Shown here one piece after another: positions 36,937 to 46,296 of a stretch of DNA of 64,000 bases. The notes below the pieces were generated by a model. It was not told where the DNA came from and searched no databases. It was given only the letters and a program-made list of their open reading frames with translations. The stretch's first letter is position 1. Every line of letters begins with the position of its first letter. Source of the stretch: a virus. Where the stretch lies: positions 74,639 through 138,638 of the IMG/VR virus record IMGVR_UViG_3300022719_000152, one strand, 5' to 3'. Both the position numbers and the translations under genes were made by a program.

Positions 36937-38484
36937 CTAGCTTCGAGGATCGTAGCTGCTGTTCAGCGGGTCCGCGCCTCCTTCTGGGGCACGAGAAGCT
37001 GCGAATTCAGACTCACCGAACGAGGAAGCATCGTTTGCCATGCGGGCAAACAGTTTCTTCTGTGGGTCCGGCATCGACATGAACACACTCTCTGGGTCCT
37101 TCTGGAATTCTTCCACGAAGTCATCGGAGTATTGCTGCTTGACTGATTCCAGGTTGTTACGGGCGAGGTTGTGGAGCTCATAGTCGGTTACCCTTTCCGC
37201 TCCGGAGGTCCACAGTACCTTAGAGGCAACCTTCACCCCAAAGGTGGACTCCCAGGGGTTAGGAATGACGCGGTCCCACCCCTGATTGAGGCCGTGCTCG
37301 AGGTCGAATCTCCGGAGCACCTCAGCGTAGGTATCGGGCCTCAGCTCAGCCCGTTTCTCGAAAAGCTCATCCAAGAACTGGCGACCCTCACTATCGGGGG
37401 CCATAGCGCACTTGCGCATCTCACAGGCAGACTTGAGTTGCCCATCATCGCCGTAGCTGGCAGAGCCGAGCTCTCGAATGGTCTCGTCTATAGGGTAACT
37501 GATGATAGCCGCCTTTCGCGCTAGCTTGGTGGCAAACTGCCGGCGAATCTCAGGCTCCATGCTGGACTTGTGGTCCATGAAGTAGTCGTTGGCCTTCTTG
37601 ACCATGTCCCACGAGTGAATGGGGTAATGACGGCTACCATTAGAGAGAATGACCGCGTAATCATCGTCGCTCTTGGGGGCAGCCTGCTTGACGATGGGTC
37701 GAGGTCTCTGGCCGGTGATATCTACCACCGGTTCTACCCTCTGACCGGCAGTTTTGGTGAGCTGCTCAGGAGGTAGCAGACCATGCTGGAGGCAAGCGTT
37801 CACGAGGTTGGCAGCAGCAGTCTTCTGGGCACTCTCCGGTAGCTTGCTGCCGTGCTTCATGAAGTAGATCACTGACATCGCCGTCGTGCCCTTCGAGTCG
37901 CAGGCAAACTTGCGCATGAGATGGCCCTGATCGAGTGCCACGAGAGCAAAGGCTTCGTCGGGCAGCTTCTCAGACTCTTTGATGGAGGCAGTCTTGATGG
38001 TCTCCGGGAGCTCCTCTGGGGTGGAGAAGAAATCTTTCAGAGTTGCGCCCTCATCGTCGTAGAAATCCAAGGTGACGCCTGCGTATTTGTAGCCCATGCT
38101 GGAACTCTCCTTCTTCTTGCTTGTCAGGCCGCCTATTGAGCCGCCCATACCTACTCCCGCCAGCGGCAGCAAGGCTTTTGCCGCGGGACCTCGGCCATGG
38201 GCCCAAGCGCTCCCAGTTACTCCTCCTAGAATACCCCCAAGACCACCCCGGAGGGCAGCACTACTTGCATCGTCTGGGTTGGCGAGAGCTCCTACAGCAG
38301 CTCCTCCAGCGCCGGCAAGAGAAGCATCTCGAATAGCCTTGGCTGTAGTAGCAGCAGCTTCATTTTTGATCTGTTTGGCAGCTTCTCGGCCCACCCCGCG
38401 AGCTCCCTTTCGAACTTGCCCCTTCCAGTAGGAGGGCTTCATCTTCTTGAACCACTCCCAAGCGGCGGCTTTCTTGTCAGACAT
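36937..38484 (-). CDS. Virion protein with Gly-rich N-terminal module and KxA motifs; possible internal start at 38097
   Basis: Start revised to ATG 38484 (GGAGG SD); KTAS, KTAA, KTAG, KQAA, KVAS. Confidence 0.65.
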   Translation of the reverse strand: MSDKKAAAWEWFKKMKPSYWKGQVRKGARGVGREAAKQIKNEAAATTAKAIRDASLAGAGGAAVGALANPDDASSAALRGGLGGILGGVTGSAWAHGRGPAAKALLPLAGVGMGGSIGGLTSKKKESSSMGYKYAGVTLDFYDDEGATLKDFFSTPEELPETIKTASIKESEKLPDEAFALVALDQGHLMRKFACDSKGTTAMSVIYFMKHGSKLPESAQKTAAANLVNACLQHGLLPPEQLTKTAGQRVEPVVDITGQRPRPIVKQAAPKSDDDYAVILSNGSRHYPIHSWDMVKKANDYFMDHKSSMEPEIRRQFATKLARKAAIISYPIDETIRELGSASYGDDGQLKSACEMRKCAMAPDSEGRQFLDELFEKRAELRPDTYAEVLRRFDLEHGLNQGWDRVIPNPWESTFGVKVASKVLWTSGAERVTDYELHNLARNNLESVKQQYSDDFVEEFQKDPESVFMSMPDPQKKLFARMANDASSFGESEFAASRAPEGGADPLNSSYDPRS

Positions 38485-38514
38485 TTGGGACCTCCGGGCG
38501 AAAGTACCTACCAC

Positions 38515-38594
38515 ACCCTACTATATCAAGGTGAAATTCCTGAGAATCGTTGGGAATAAGGGTCATGAAACGTAACCCCAAAGGAGGTTAGATA
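38515..38594. promoter_or_regulatory. Main divergent promoter region (virion operon vs replication operon)
   Basis: Minus-strand TGaTATAGT extended -10 (~38520-38528); plus-strand GGAATAAG at 38553; GTAACCCCA at 38572. Confidence 0.55.
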
Positions 38595-39077
38595 GTGACC
38601 TATGAAGAACAGCAGGAGGCGATAACAAACGAGTGCTTCTTGGGGGACGCACCTCGTGATTGTGATGGCTGTCCTGCTCATCATACCCAAGGCGGAAGAT
38701 GTTGCTTCGGCCGAGGGGATTACAGCGAAGACGACCAGGAGTGCATGGACTGCCACTACAAGGACGACTGCGCTGAAGCAACATTTCAGAACCTAACCCA
38801 TCAAGAAGAGGAGTTTGAACCAGTGCCTATGTATCGAAACATCATCCCAAGAAGATCTAGCCGGCTACCCATCGTTGGTCAGCCCAGACCAACCCGTGCG
38901 GCCTCCCCCTCTAGTGATACCGCACTGATACAAGACACAGAAGCCCACAATGTGGAGCCTATGGACTTGAGTGAAATGAGCATGCCAAGGCAGTTTCTGG
39001 CCCACATGGGCTGGGGCGGCGTAGAAGGCGCTCTGAGCATGGGTTTGAGGTACTTCCAGCGACGCCGACCTCGGTAA
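38595..39077 (+). CDS. Cys-rich hypothetical early protein
   Basis: GTG with AAGGAGG SD; CDGCP, CCFG, CMDC..C. Confidence 0.65.
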   Translation: MTYEEQQEAITNECFLGDAPRDCDGCPAHHTQGGRCCFGRGDYSEDDQECMDCHYKDDCAEATFQNLTHQEEEFEPVPMYRNIIPRRSSRLPIVGQPRPTRAASPSSDTALIQDTEAHNVEPMDLSEMSMPRQFLAHMGWGGVEGALSMGLRYFQRRRPR

Positions 39078-39511
39078 TGCAGAAGGGGGAGGAGTCAGCC
39101 AGTTTTGGTGCCGAGATGAGGGCGGCCAGGTTAGAGTCGGGCTACCCACACCTCAAGGACTTCGCCTATGTCATCAACATGAGGTACGAGACGTACCGAT
39201 GCTACGAAAGAGGGAAACGAATTCCGAGCATCAAAACGCTAGAGCACATCATCCAGCAAGCAAGCCTGCCAGATGAGATTGCAGACAAGCTCAGAGAAAC
39301 TGCCAACAGGGCGCGGGGTAAGAAGAAAGGTGTCATCGTAACCAAGCCCATCAAGGCAGACGTAGACATTCCCAAGCTGGCCCAGAGCCTAGTCAGCGAC
39401 TTCGAGTTTGAAGCCATGCGCGGGGATAGAAAAGAACTCAGTGAGAGAACCCTCAAAGCCTGCGCCCGCAGAGCTGAGATGAGACTCAAAGCGGCATTGG
39501 AGCCAAAATGA
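39077..39511 (+). CDS. XRE-family HTH regulator
   Basis: FGAEMRAAR...DFA...TYRCYERGKRIPS. Confidence 0.75.
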   Translation: MQKGEESASFGAEMRAARLESGYPHLKDFAYVINMRYETYRCYERGKRIPSIKTLEHIIQQASLPDEIADKLRETANRARGKKKGVIVTKPIKADVDIPKLAQSLVSDFEFEAMRGDRKELSERTLKACARRAEMRLKAALEPK

Positions 39512-40929
39512 CCGTGTACAACTTCCCGGTGAGGAATCCTAACAAAGCGTACCTCACCAACAACCTGCTGCTACCTATATCTGGGGTCCTACCCCGACCG
39601 GTCAAAGCAGCACTCACCTTCTACTATGGTGAGAAAGACATCATCGACGGAGAGACCGGAGAAATAATCGGTTCTCGTCCAGCAGAGATGTATCTATGGG
39701 ATGCAACAATGCATCACCTCATAGTGCCCCGACTATTCATACCCCCGGAGCACTTCAAGCACTACGACTTTGAGTTCGTAGACTGCAGGCCGCAGAGCTG
39801 GCCAACAGTAGACATCGAAGACAACATCGAGCTTCGAGACGAAGAGCAAGAAGAGGCTTTTGAAGCCTTGCTCACAAACGATTACGGAACCCTGAACCTA
39901 GCGTGTGGGAAAGGGAAAACCGTCCTAGCATTGAAGCTGGCCGCGGTGAGGAAAGTTCCAACCCTCATCGTGGTCAACTCAACATACCTACTTGAGCAGT
40001 GGAAAAGCGAGATAGAAGAACATCTCGGAGTAGGCAGTGTGGGAACCATCCAAGGTCCAAACATCGACTGGAAGGGACACCCCATCACTATAGCCATGGT
40101 CAACACCCTAGCCCTACACAGGGAGAAGTGGCCGTGGGAATTCAGATGCTGGTTCGGTTTGGTGTTGTACGACGAAGGACACCACATGAGCGCGCCGTTG
40201 TTCGTCAGGTGTGCCGACCTATTCTTTGGAAGTCGGTACTCCCTGACGGCCACGGCCAACCGAACAGATGGTCTGGAGAGTATCTACCAGTACCATCTGG
40301 GCGGCATCATCCACTCAAATCTTAGCCAAGAGATCATCCCCACGACCTTATTCCACAAGCTGAAATGGGAGATGCCGCCAGGGGATAAGGTCCAGGTACT
40401 CGACGCTAACCATGAGGTTAACATTTCTAGGACCAGGTCATACCTGGGGCGCCTAGAGTGGCGGAATCAGATGATCTTTGAGGACGCTCTCAAAGATCTA
40501 GCCGAGGGGAGGCAGTTGTTGATACTGACCCACAGCGTCCCGCACGCCAAGGCCCTGGAGGAGCTGTTCCGAGACTCCACCTGGTACGCCGGTCTGGTGA
40601 TCGGGGAGACACCGCAGGGAGACCGAGTGAGCATTCTACGCAAGAAGAACCCCGTCATTGGTACGTTCCAGCTTGCGCGAGAAGGGCTGAACAAGCCTGA
40701 GCTCGATACTCTCTACGTCATCACACCATTTTCCAACAAGAATGACCTCCAGCAGTCCTGGGGTCGAATCCAGCGGAGATTTGCTGGCAAGAAAGATCCT
40801 ATCGTCCGGGTCTATGAGGACCATGCCATCGACAAGTGTGTGTCCTCTTGCAGAACCCTACGGAGGAACCTCAAGGCCATCGATTATCCGTACCGAAACA
40901 AGAACATCAACATGGAGCTAGAATTATGA
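39508..40929 (+). CDS. Superfamily 2 helicase (UvsW/ResIII-like)
   Basis: LRDEQ, ACGKGKT, DEGHH, TAT..R.DG, EGLN, QSWGRIQR. Confidence 0.9.
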   Translation: MTVYNFPVRNPNKAYLTNNLLLPISGVLPRPVKAALTFYYGEKDIIDGETGEIIGSRPAEMYLWDATMHHLIVPRLFIPPEHFKHYDFEFVDCRPQSWPTVDIEDNIELRDEEQEEAFEALLTNDYGTLNLACGKGKTVLALKLAAVRKVPTLIVVNSTYLLEQWKSEIEEHLGVGSVGTIQGPNIDWKGHPITIAMVNTLALHREKWPWEFRCWFGLVLYDEGHHMSAPLFVRCADLFFGSRYSLTATANRTDGLESIYQYHLGGIIHSNLSQEIIPTTLFHKLKWEMPPGDKVQVLDANHEVNISRTRSYLGRLEWRNQMIFEDALKDLAEGRQLLILTHSVPHAKALEELFRDSTWYAGLVIGETPQGDRVSILRKKNPVIGTFQLAREGLNKPELDTLYVITPFSNKNDLQQSWGRIQRRFAGKKDPIVRVYEDHAIDKCVSSCRTLRRNLKAIDYPYRNKNINMELEL

Positions 40930-41339
40930 GCAAGACAAAAGGAAGAATGATCCTGGTCAAGGACATCTCCGGAGACAAGTACCTCGGATACACTGAGGAG
41001 AAGGAAATTGAGGCAGGTGGCATCCTGTTCTTGAATCAAGTCAGGTACATGAACGAGTTGCGACAGCCCGCCCTGTCGCTGGATGAAAACACAAGGGAGC
41101 GGAAAGTAGTGGGGTTTCAGACCCTCATGACCTTGATGCCTATCGACTGCTTTGAGGGGGCAGTGGACAACTTCGGCGTAATTGTCGCCTCCTGGTACTA
41201 TCCTGGTGACCATGGAGACAGGGTCATGTCGAAGTTCAAGAACCTCATCAAGAACGCGGAGCTGAACGAGACAGCCACTCGAGCTGATGAGGCTGGCATC
41301 CAGCTCGTTAACGCTGCTGGGCTACCTAAGGGCGCGTAA
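40926..41339 (+). CDS. Hypothetical protein
   Basis: Start revised to ATG 40926 (ATGA overlap). Confidence 0.6.
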   Translation: MSKTKGRMILVKDISGDKYLGYTEEKEIEAGGILFLNQVRYMNELRQPALSLDENTRERKVVGFQTLMTLMPIDCFEGAVDNFGVIVASWYYPGDHGDRVMSKFKNLIKNAELNETATRADEAGIQLVNAAGLPKGA

Positions 41340-41344
41340 ATACG

Positions 41345-42112
41345 GTGAAGCCCTGGTCTACCAAGTGGAAACAAGCCCAACTAGACCTTCTCCAAGAGGA
41401 GTGGTCTGAGTGTGAAAAGTGTGGACTTTGCACGACTCGCACAAACGTCGTCTTCGGTGAAGGGAATCCTGATGCCGACATCCTATTCGTCGGGGAAGCC
41501 CCCGGCGAATGGGAAGACGAGTCTGGAATCCCCTTCGTAGACATCTACGAAGAAGACCACAAGGGCGTCAGCGGCAAGGTACTCTCGAACCTATTGATTG
41601 CCGCCGGCATCAACAGGGAGGACTGCTACATCACTAATATCGTGGCATGCCATCCTCCCGAGAACCGGGACCCCTCCACAGAAGAGAAGAAAATCTGCAT
41701 GGAGAGGGTGCAAAAGATCATCTACATAGTTGACCCCCTCGTCATCGTGGGGATAGGAAAGATAGCGTTCAACATGTTCGCCACCGGGGCCACCTGGGGC
41801 ATTGAGAAAGAGCATGGCAAACTGTTCACCAATCCACACCCAAGCATAAAGACAACAGGGGAGCGTAACGGCTATGACATGGCCGGGGTCGTGATGCCTC
41901 TGAAAGGAGCTGACAAGAAGACATACACCTTAGACTACGACGTGATGGGAATCTATCACCCCAGCTACATCCTTCGTAAGGATCCTCGAGATAGGAAGGG
42001 AGACTTCCTGCCGAGAGGGCTGGCCGACAAAACGCTGAAAGATCTGAAGTGGCTGAAGAGCCATATTGATCAGTTGAAAGAAGAACACCACGGTGTTCGT
42101 AAGCTGCTCTAG
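41345..42112 (+). CDS. Uracil-DNA glycosylase, family 4
   Basis: CEKCGLC, VGEAPG, PFV, TNIVACHPPENR, YHPSY. Confidence 0.9.
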   Translation: MKPWSTKWKQAQLDLLQEEWSECEKCGLCTTRTNVVFGEGNPDADILFVGEAPGEWEDESGIPFVDIYEEDHKGVSGKVLSNLLIAAGINREDCYITNIVACHPPENRDPSTEEKKICMERVQKIIYIVDPLVIVGIGKIAFNMFATGATWGIEKEHGKLFTNPHPSIKTTGERNGYDMAGVVMPLKGADKKTYTLDYDVMGIYHPSYILRKDPRDRKGDFLPRGLADKTLKDLKWLKSHIDQLKEEHHGVRKLL

Positions 42113-42121
42113 GAGCCAACC

Positions 42122-42667
42122 ATGGGAAAACTGAAGTTGAGGACCGGCAAGGTCTCAAAGAAGTCCAAGGCTACCACAATCAAGCGGAAGCCTAAGCAAG
42201 ACCCCAAAGAACAAGCCAAACAAGCGGCGATTGAAGCCATCGAGAAGTACAAGGCTGCGCGCCAAATCCTGAATGAGATGAGAGAAGAATTCTCTCAGAC
42301 CTACCCAGAAGCAAAGAAGCTGTTGGAAGAAATCCATCGGCAAGAAGACGAAGTCGTATCACTCATCGAGAATGCGAAGCTCAAAGTCCGTGCGGCTGAA
42401 GAGACCATCGAAGACTTCGTCTGCCAAATCAAACACTCCAAACCTACCTACGACAGCAACAAGGTCTTGGAGATCGCAGAGACTCTGGAAGACCCAGGTG
42501 AAGTTTTCGCCGGGCTACTAGGGGCGGGAGGCATCAAGAGCATCACGTTCAACAACAACGATGCCATGGCCTTCTTTGCGAAGAATCCTGAATTCGGGAA
42601 GGTGTTTGAACCCGCCTTCAAGGATAGGGAGAAGCTGACCCCCTCAGTGTCGGTCCCTAAAGTCTAG
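42122..42667 (+). CDS. Hypothetical coiled-coil protein
   Basis: 181 aa, AGGAG SD. Confidence 0.65.
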   Translation: MGKLKLRTGKVSKKSKATTIKRKPKQDPKEQAKQAAIEAIEKYKAARQILNEMREEFSQTYPEAKKLLEEIHRQEDEVVSLIENAKLKVRAAEETIEDFVCQIKHSKPTYDSNKVLEIAETLEDPGEVFAGLLGAGGIKSITFNNNDAMAFFAKNPEFGKVFEPAFKDREKLTPSVSVPKV

Positions 42668-42675
42668 GGGTCCAC

Positions 42676-43215
42676 ATGACAGAGGCTACTGAGCCGGTCG
42701 AGTTCGTAGATCTCGACTGGATGTACCATCTGACTCGGCGTCGTGTGTTCGCAGACGACATCGGTGCAGTGGAAGAACAGGTGCTTGAGAAAGTGCCACT
42801 ACCGGAGGATTTAATGACTGCTATCCAAGACTATGTTGGGGATGGTCAAGGTAGGATCACGGTCAGCAAAGAGCTGTCCACCAACCAAGACTATTGCAAA
42901 GCTGGCTCGTTCGTCAGCATCTCTCTAGCCTGTGACAACAGCCTGGAGGCAGCGGAGGCGGTCCACGACATCGCGGCACCCTACGCTCAAAAGCTCGTTG
43001 AAGTGGACCATCACGAGATGTCCTTGATGCGAGACCAGTTCTTCATCAGTGCGGGCCGGAAGAAAAGCTGCCTGCACCAAGAGGAAGAGACCCCTGCGCG
43101 GAAGGCAGCTCCTTCCAAGACCGGAGGTAAGAAGTCCGGAGGTAAGAAGGTTCAACGTGGCGGAAGCATCACTGCGCCAACCAAGGCCCGCTCCAAGCCC
43201 AACGTCCGGAGGTAA
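42676..43215 (+). CDS. Hypothetical protein with basic tail
   Basis: 179 aa operonic ORF. Confidence 0.65.
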   Translation: MTEATEPVEFVDLDWMYHLTRRRVFADDIGAVEEQVLEKVPLPEDLMTAIQDYVGDGQGRITVSKELSTNQDYCKAGSFVSISLACDNSLEAAEAVHDIAAPYAQKLVEVDHHEMSLMRDQFFISAGRKKSCLHQEEETPARKAAPSKTGGKKSGGKKVQRGGSITAPTKARSKPNVRR

Positions 43216-43218
43216 GCC

Positions 43219-43536
43219 ATGTTCAAAATGGATGAGTCTACCGCTCCGATTAACTCCGTCGAGGTGGCAGAGGGTACATTTGAGTGCTTTGGCATGAAGA
43301 ACCCCAAACTGTCCGTGAAGATGGTCTACAAAAACTCCAAGACTGGCACCACTTACGGTGGTTGCGACATGTCTGAACGCTTGATGAGTGAGGCAACACA
43401 GTCATTGTTCAAGCAGTTCTTGGAGAGTGCCGAGAATGACTTCGGCCAAATAGCTCTAGGCTCTGGGACCGTAGGTTCCGACCTCAAACCTGAATCAGAC
43501 GAAGGACTAAGCCTCCGAGGTCTGGGGAAGGAGTAA
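43219..43536 (+). CDS. Hypothetical protein
   Basis: 105 aa, GGAGG SD. Confidence 0.6.
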   Translation: MFKMDESTAPINSVEVAEGTFECFGMKNPKLSVKMVYKNSKTGTTYGGCDMSERLMSEATQSLFKQFLESAENDFGQIALGSGTVGSDLKPESDEGLSLRGLGKE

Positions 43537-45195
43537 TTGATGGCAGCCCTAGAGTCTCGTGTGATCACACGGATACTTGAAGAGGGGATGGTAGATGCCA
43601 TCAGAGCAGGGCTGTCTGCCGATATGTTCAAGGACCCGGAGTCCCGACAGATATTCAAGTTCATTCGGCAGCACTGGTACAAGCCAGAGACCATCAAGAC
43701 TGTCCCCTCCCTAGGGATGATTCAGTACCGGTGGCCTTCTTTTGAGCCAACCGGTGATTCTGATGACCCCGATGTCCGTGCGGACACAAAAGCGCTCATC
43801 AATGAGCTGAAGGTGATGTCCTTCAACACGGATGTCAGGTCGTTAGCCTCGTTCTTCCACGAGCTGGCTGACGAAGACCCTGAAGAGGCCATCCGCGTCA
43901 TCCAAAAACACACAACAAAGCTCACCAAAGATATGAAAGGGCACGAGAAGTTGGGTGTGAACGAGGTGACAGAGCTGGCTATCGAGCACTACGAAGGCAC
44001 CATGACAGGTGCTGTCTACGGGCTTCCATACCCGTGGAAGTGCTTGAACGAAGACACCATGGGCAAACATGAGGGTGATTTCATCGTCCTCTATGGCCGC
44101 ATGAAGTCCATGAAGACTTGGATCCTTCTGTACATGGCCATCTATGACTACCTGGTGAACGGTGCCCGGGTTATTATTTGGTCCCGAGAGATGAACAAGA
44201 AGAAGATGTCTCTTCGACTTGCCGCTCTCCTGGCAAAGATTGATTACCAGTTGTTCAAGAAAGGGAAGCTACCCCCTAAGGTCCGAGAGAGGTTCTATCG
44301 GATCATGAGGGAGCTCAAGGTCGAGGACAACAGTTGGGACCGCGGGGCAGACCGAGAGGCTGCAAAGCTCATCAAGCTATCAGAAGAGGCTCGTCTCGGT
44401 ACCCGTAGCATGCTTCTCCTGTGCGGCCGGCAAGCACCTAAGACCGTGGAGGAGTTGAGAGCAATCATCCAGGACTACTGTCCAGACTCAGTGTACCTGG
44501 ACAGCTTCTACCACATGGACCCCGCCAAGGACGCAAGCAACACCACCGTTCGGTGGCAGCGCATCGCTCACTTGGCAGAGTCCATCAAAGAGATGGCAGA
44601 GGACGAAGGAGTTCCTGTGGTTGCGTCTCACCAAGCCAACCGGTCAGGTGAGAAGACCATGGGTGAGACCATGGCTGACATGGCAGATTCCGACGTCATC
44701 GCTCGTGAGGCAGACCTCATCATCCGAATCCTGCGGAAGGTGGGCAAAAACCTCTACGAGGAAGACTACGAAGTAGCCATGGAGGAAGAGAAAGCTAGGA
44801 AAGCTAAGAAGCTGAAGGCGAAGGCGAAGAGAGTGAAAACCAAACTCTCATTCCAAGCCAACAAGAAATCCAAGGTCCGAAAGGTTCCTCAGAAAGCCTT
44901 GAAGACGACCGAGGAGTTCTTAGAGGAAGACATACCTCGTATCAGCGCTGAGATAGCCATGATCATGAGCGGTAACCGTGAGGGTACACTGAACGGGTTC
45001 ATCATCAAGGCAATACCTGGCTACAACTTCGATGTCATTTCCGTGAATCCATCCAGAGATGACATCAAGGAATGGATGAGGGACATCGATAATGATGGAG
45101 GCAACAACCGTCCCAAAGCATCATCCCATCAGTACCGGTCTAAAGAACGACCCAAAGTAGCGGCTGCCAACTTCGGAAAGATCGGAGCTAGGTAG
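43537..45195 (+). CDS. DnaB-like replicative helicase
   Basis: GLPYPW..LN..T.G...GDFIVLYGRMKSMKT (atypical Walker A), SREM, YLDSFY, HQANR, SDVIAREADL. Confidence 0.8.
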   Translation: MMAALESRVITRILEEGMVDAIRAGLSADMFKDPESRQIFKFIRQHWYKPETIKTVPSLGMIQYRWPSFEPTGDSDDPDVRADTKALINELKVMSFNTDVRSLASFFHELADEDPEEAIRVIQKHTTKLTKDMKGHEKLGVNEVTELAIEHYEGTMTGAVYGLPYPWKCLNEDTMGKHEGDFIVLYGRMKSMKTWILLYMAIYDYLVNGARVIIWSREMNKKKMSLRLAALLAKIDYQLFKKGKLPPKVRERFYRIMRELKVEDNSWDRGADREAAKLIKLSEEARLGTRSMLLLCGRQAPKTVEELRAIIQDYCPDSVYLDSFYHMDPAKDASNTTVRWQRIAHLAESIKEMAEDEGVPVVASHQANRSGEKTMGETMADMADSDVIAREADLIIRILRKVGKNLYEEDYEVAMEEEKARKAKKLKAKAKRVKTKLSFQANKKSKVRKVPQKALKTTEEFLEEDIPRISAEIAMIMSGNREGTLNGFIIKAIPGYNFDVISVNPSRDDIKEWMRDIDNDGGNNRPKASSHQYRSKERPKVAAANFGKIGAR

Positions 45196-46296
45196 ATGCT
45201 AGGGGTCGCTGATGACATAGCCAAGAACCACCTGCGGTTGGTGAAGATCAAATCTGAGTTCATCTCTGCTGCATGCCCATTCCACAAAGGTGGAATGGAG
45301 CGGAGCCCCTCGTTCTGGATCAATAGAGAGAATGGTTCGTGGGGCTGCTTCACCTGCTCAGTGGGCAACTCAGATCTTCGAGTCCTCCTCAGGGAGCTCG
45401 GTATTCACAGCTCCAGAGCAGAGGCAGAGATAGATGAGGCCCGCAAGGAAGCGAAGAAGAGCTTCGCAGTCGATCAGGCCAAGAAGAAAAAGAAAGCCCG
45501 TGCCAGCTTCAAAGGTACCCACGTCTTGCCGGATGCTCTACTAGGCGTTTTCGATTTTGCGCCGGTCAGTCTTCTGGAGGCGGGGTACCCCGAAGAGCTC
45601 CTCTACGAGCACGACATCGGCTTTGACAAACGATTTGACCGAATCACGTTCCCAGTGCGGGACGTGTTCGGGAATATCGTCGGCATCTCTGGAAGGACAG
45701 TCATCCCGGGCGTGAGTCCGAAGTACCTGTTCTACTCTGGGATGCGGGAGATTGACGGGCGAACGGTGAAGGGCGAGCTAGGAGACTGGTACCCCAGCTA
45801 CTCCAACTCAGACGTTCGGAACCATTTGTATCGGGGCCACCTCGTATACGACAGGGTCTACAAGGACAACAGCGGCGAAGCTCAGATCATACTGGTCGAA
45901 GGCTTCAAAGCTGCCTTGTGGATGGTCAAGCACGGGTGGCTCAATACCGTCGCTACCATGGGAACAAAGATGACTCATGCTCAAGAGAGAATCATTCGCA
46001 AGATGGGAGCAACGGTCTTCGTGTTCACCGACAACAATGACCCTGGGCTGGAAGCAGCTCATAGAATATGCAGGCGGTTGGCCGACAGCACCTTCCCTGT
46101 ATACCGGTGCTACTACCCCGAATGGTGCGGGGAAGATGCACAACCAGATGATCTGTCGGATCAAGAGATAGAAGAAGTTCTAGAAACTTCACAACGTTAC
46201 GGAGGTAACAAGTATGAAAGGCATGAGCGCTGGTTGGCGAAAAAACAAAAAAGAAAACGAGAATCGGGCGAGGTCGGGAGGAGGTGGATCAAATAA
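45196..46296 (+). CDS. DnaG-like primase (CHC2 Zn finger + TOPRIM)
   Basis: CPFH...PSF...CFTC, RITFPV...GISGR, KY, LVEG, DNND.G. Confidence 0.85.
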   Translation: MLGVADDIAKNHLRLVKIKSEFISAACPFHKGGMERSPSFWINRENGSWGCFTCSVGNSDLRVLLRELGIHSSRAEAEIDEARKEAKKSFAVDQAKKKKKARASFKGTHVLPDALLGVFDFAPVSLLEAGYPEELLYEHDIGFDKRFDRITFPVRDVFGNIVGISGRTVIPGVSPKYLFYSGMREIDGRTVKGELGDWYPSYSNSDVRNHLYRGHLVYDRVYKDNSGEAQIILVEGFKAALWMVKHGWLNTVATMGTKMTHAQERIIRKMGATVFVFTDNNDPGLEAAHRICRRLADSTFPVYRCYYPEWCGEDAQPDDLSDQEIEEVLETSQRYGGNKYERHERWLAKKQKRKRESGEVGRRWIK

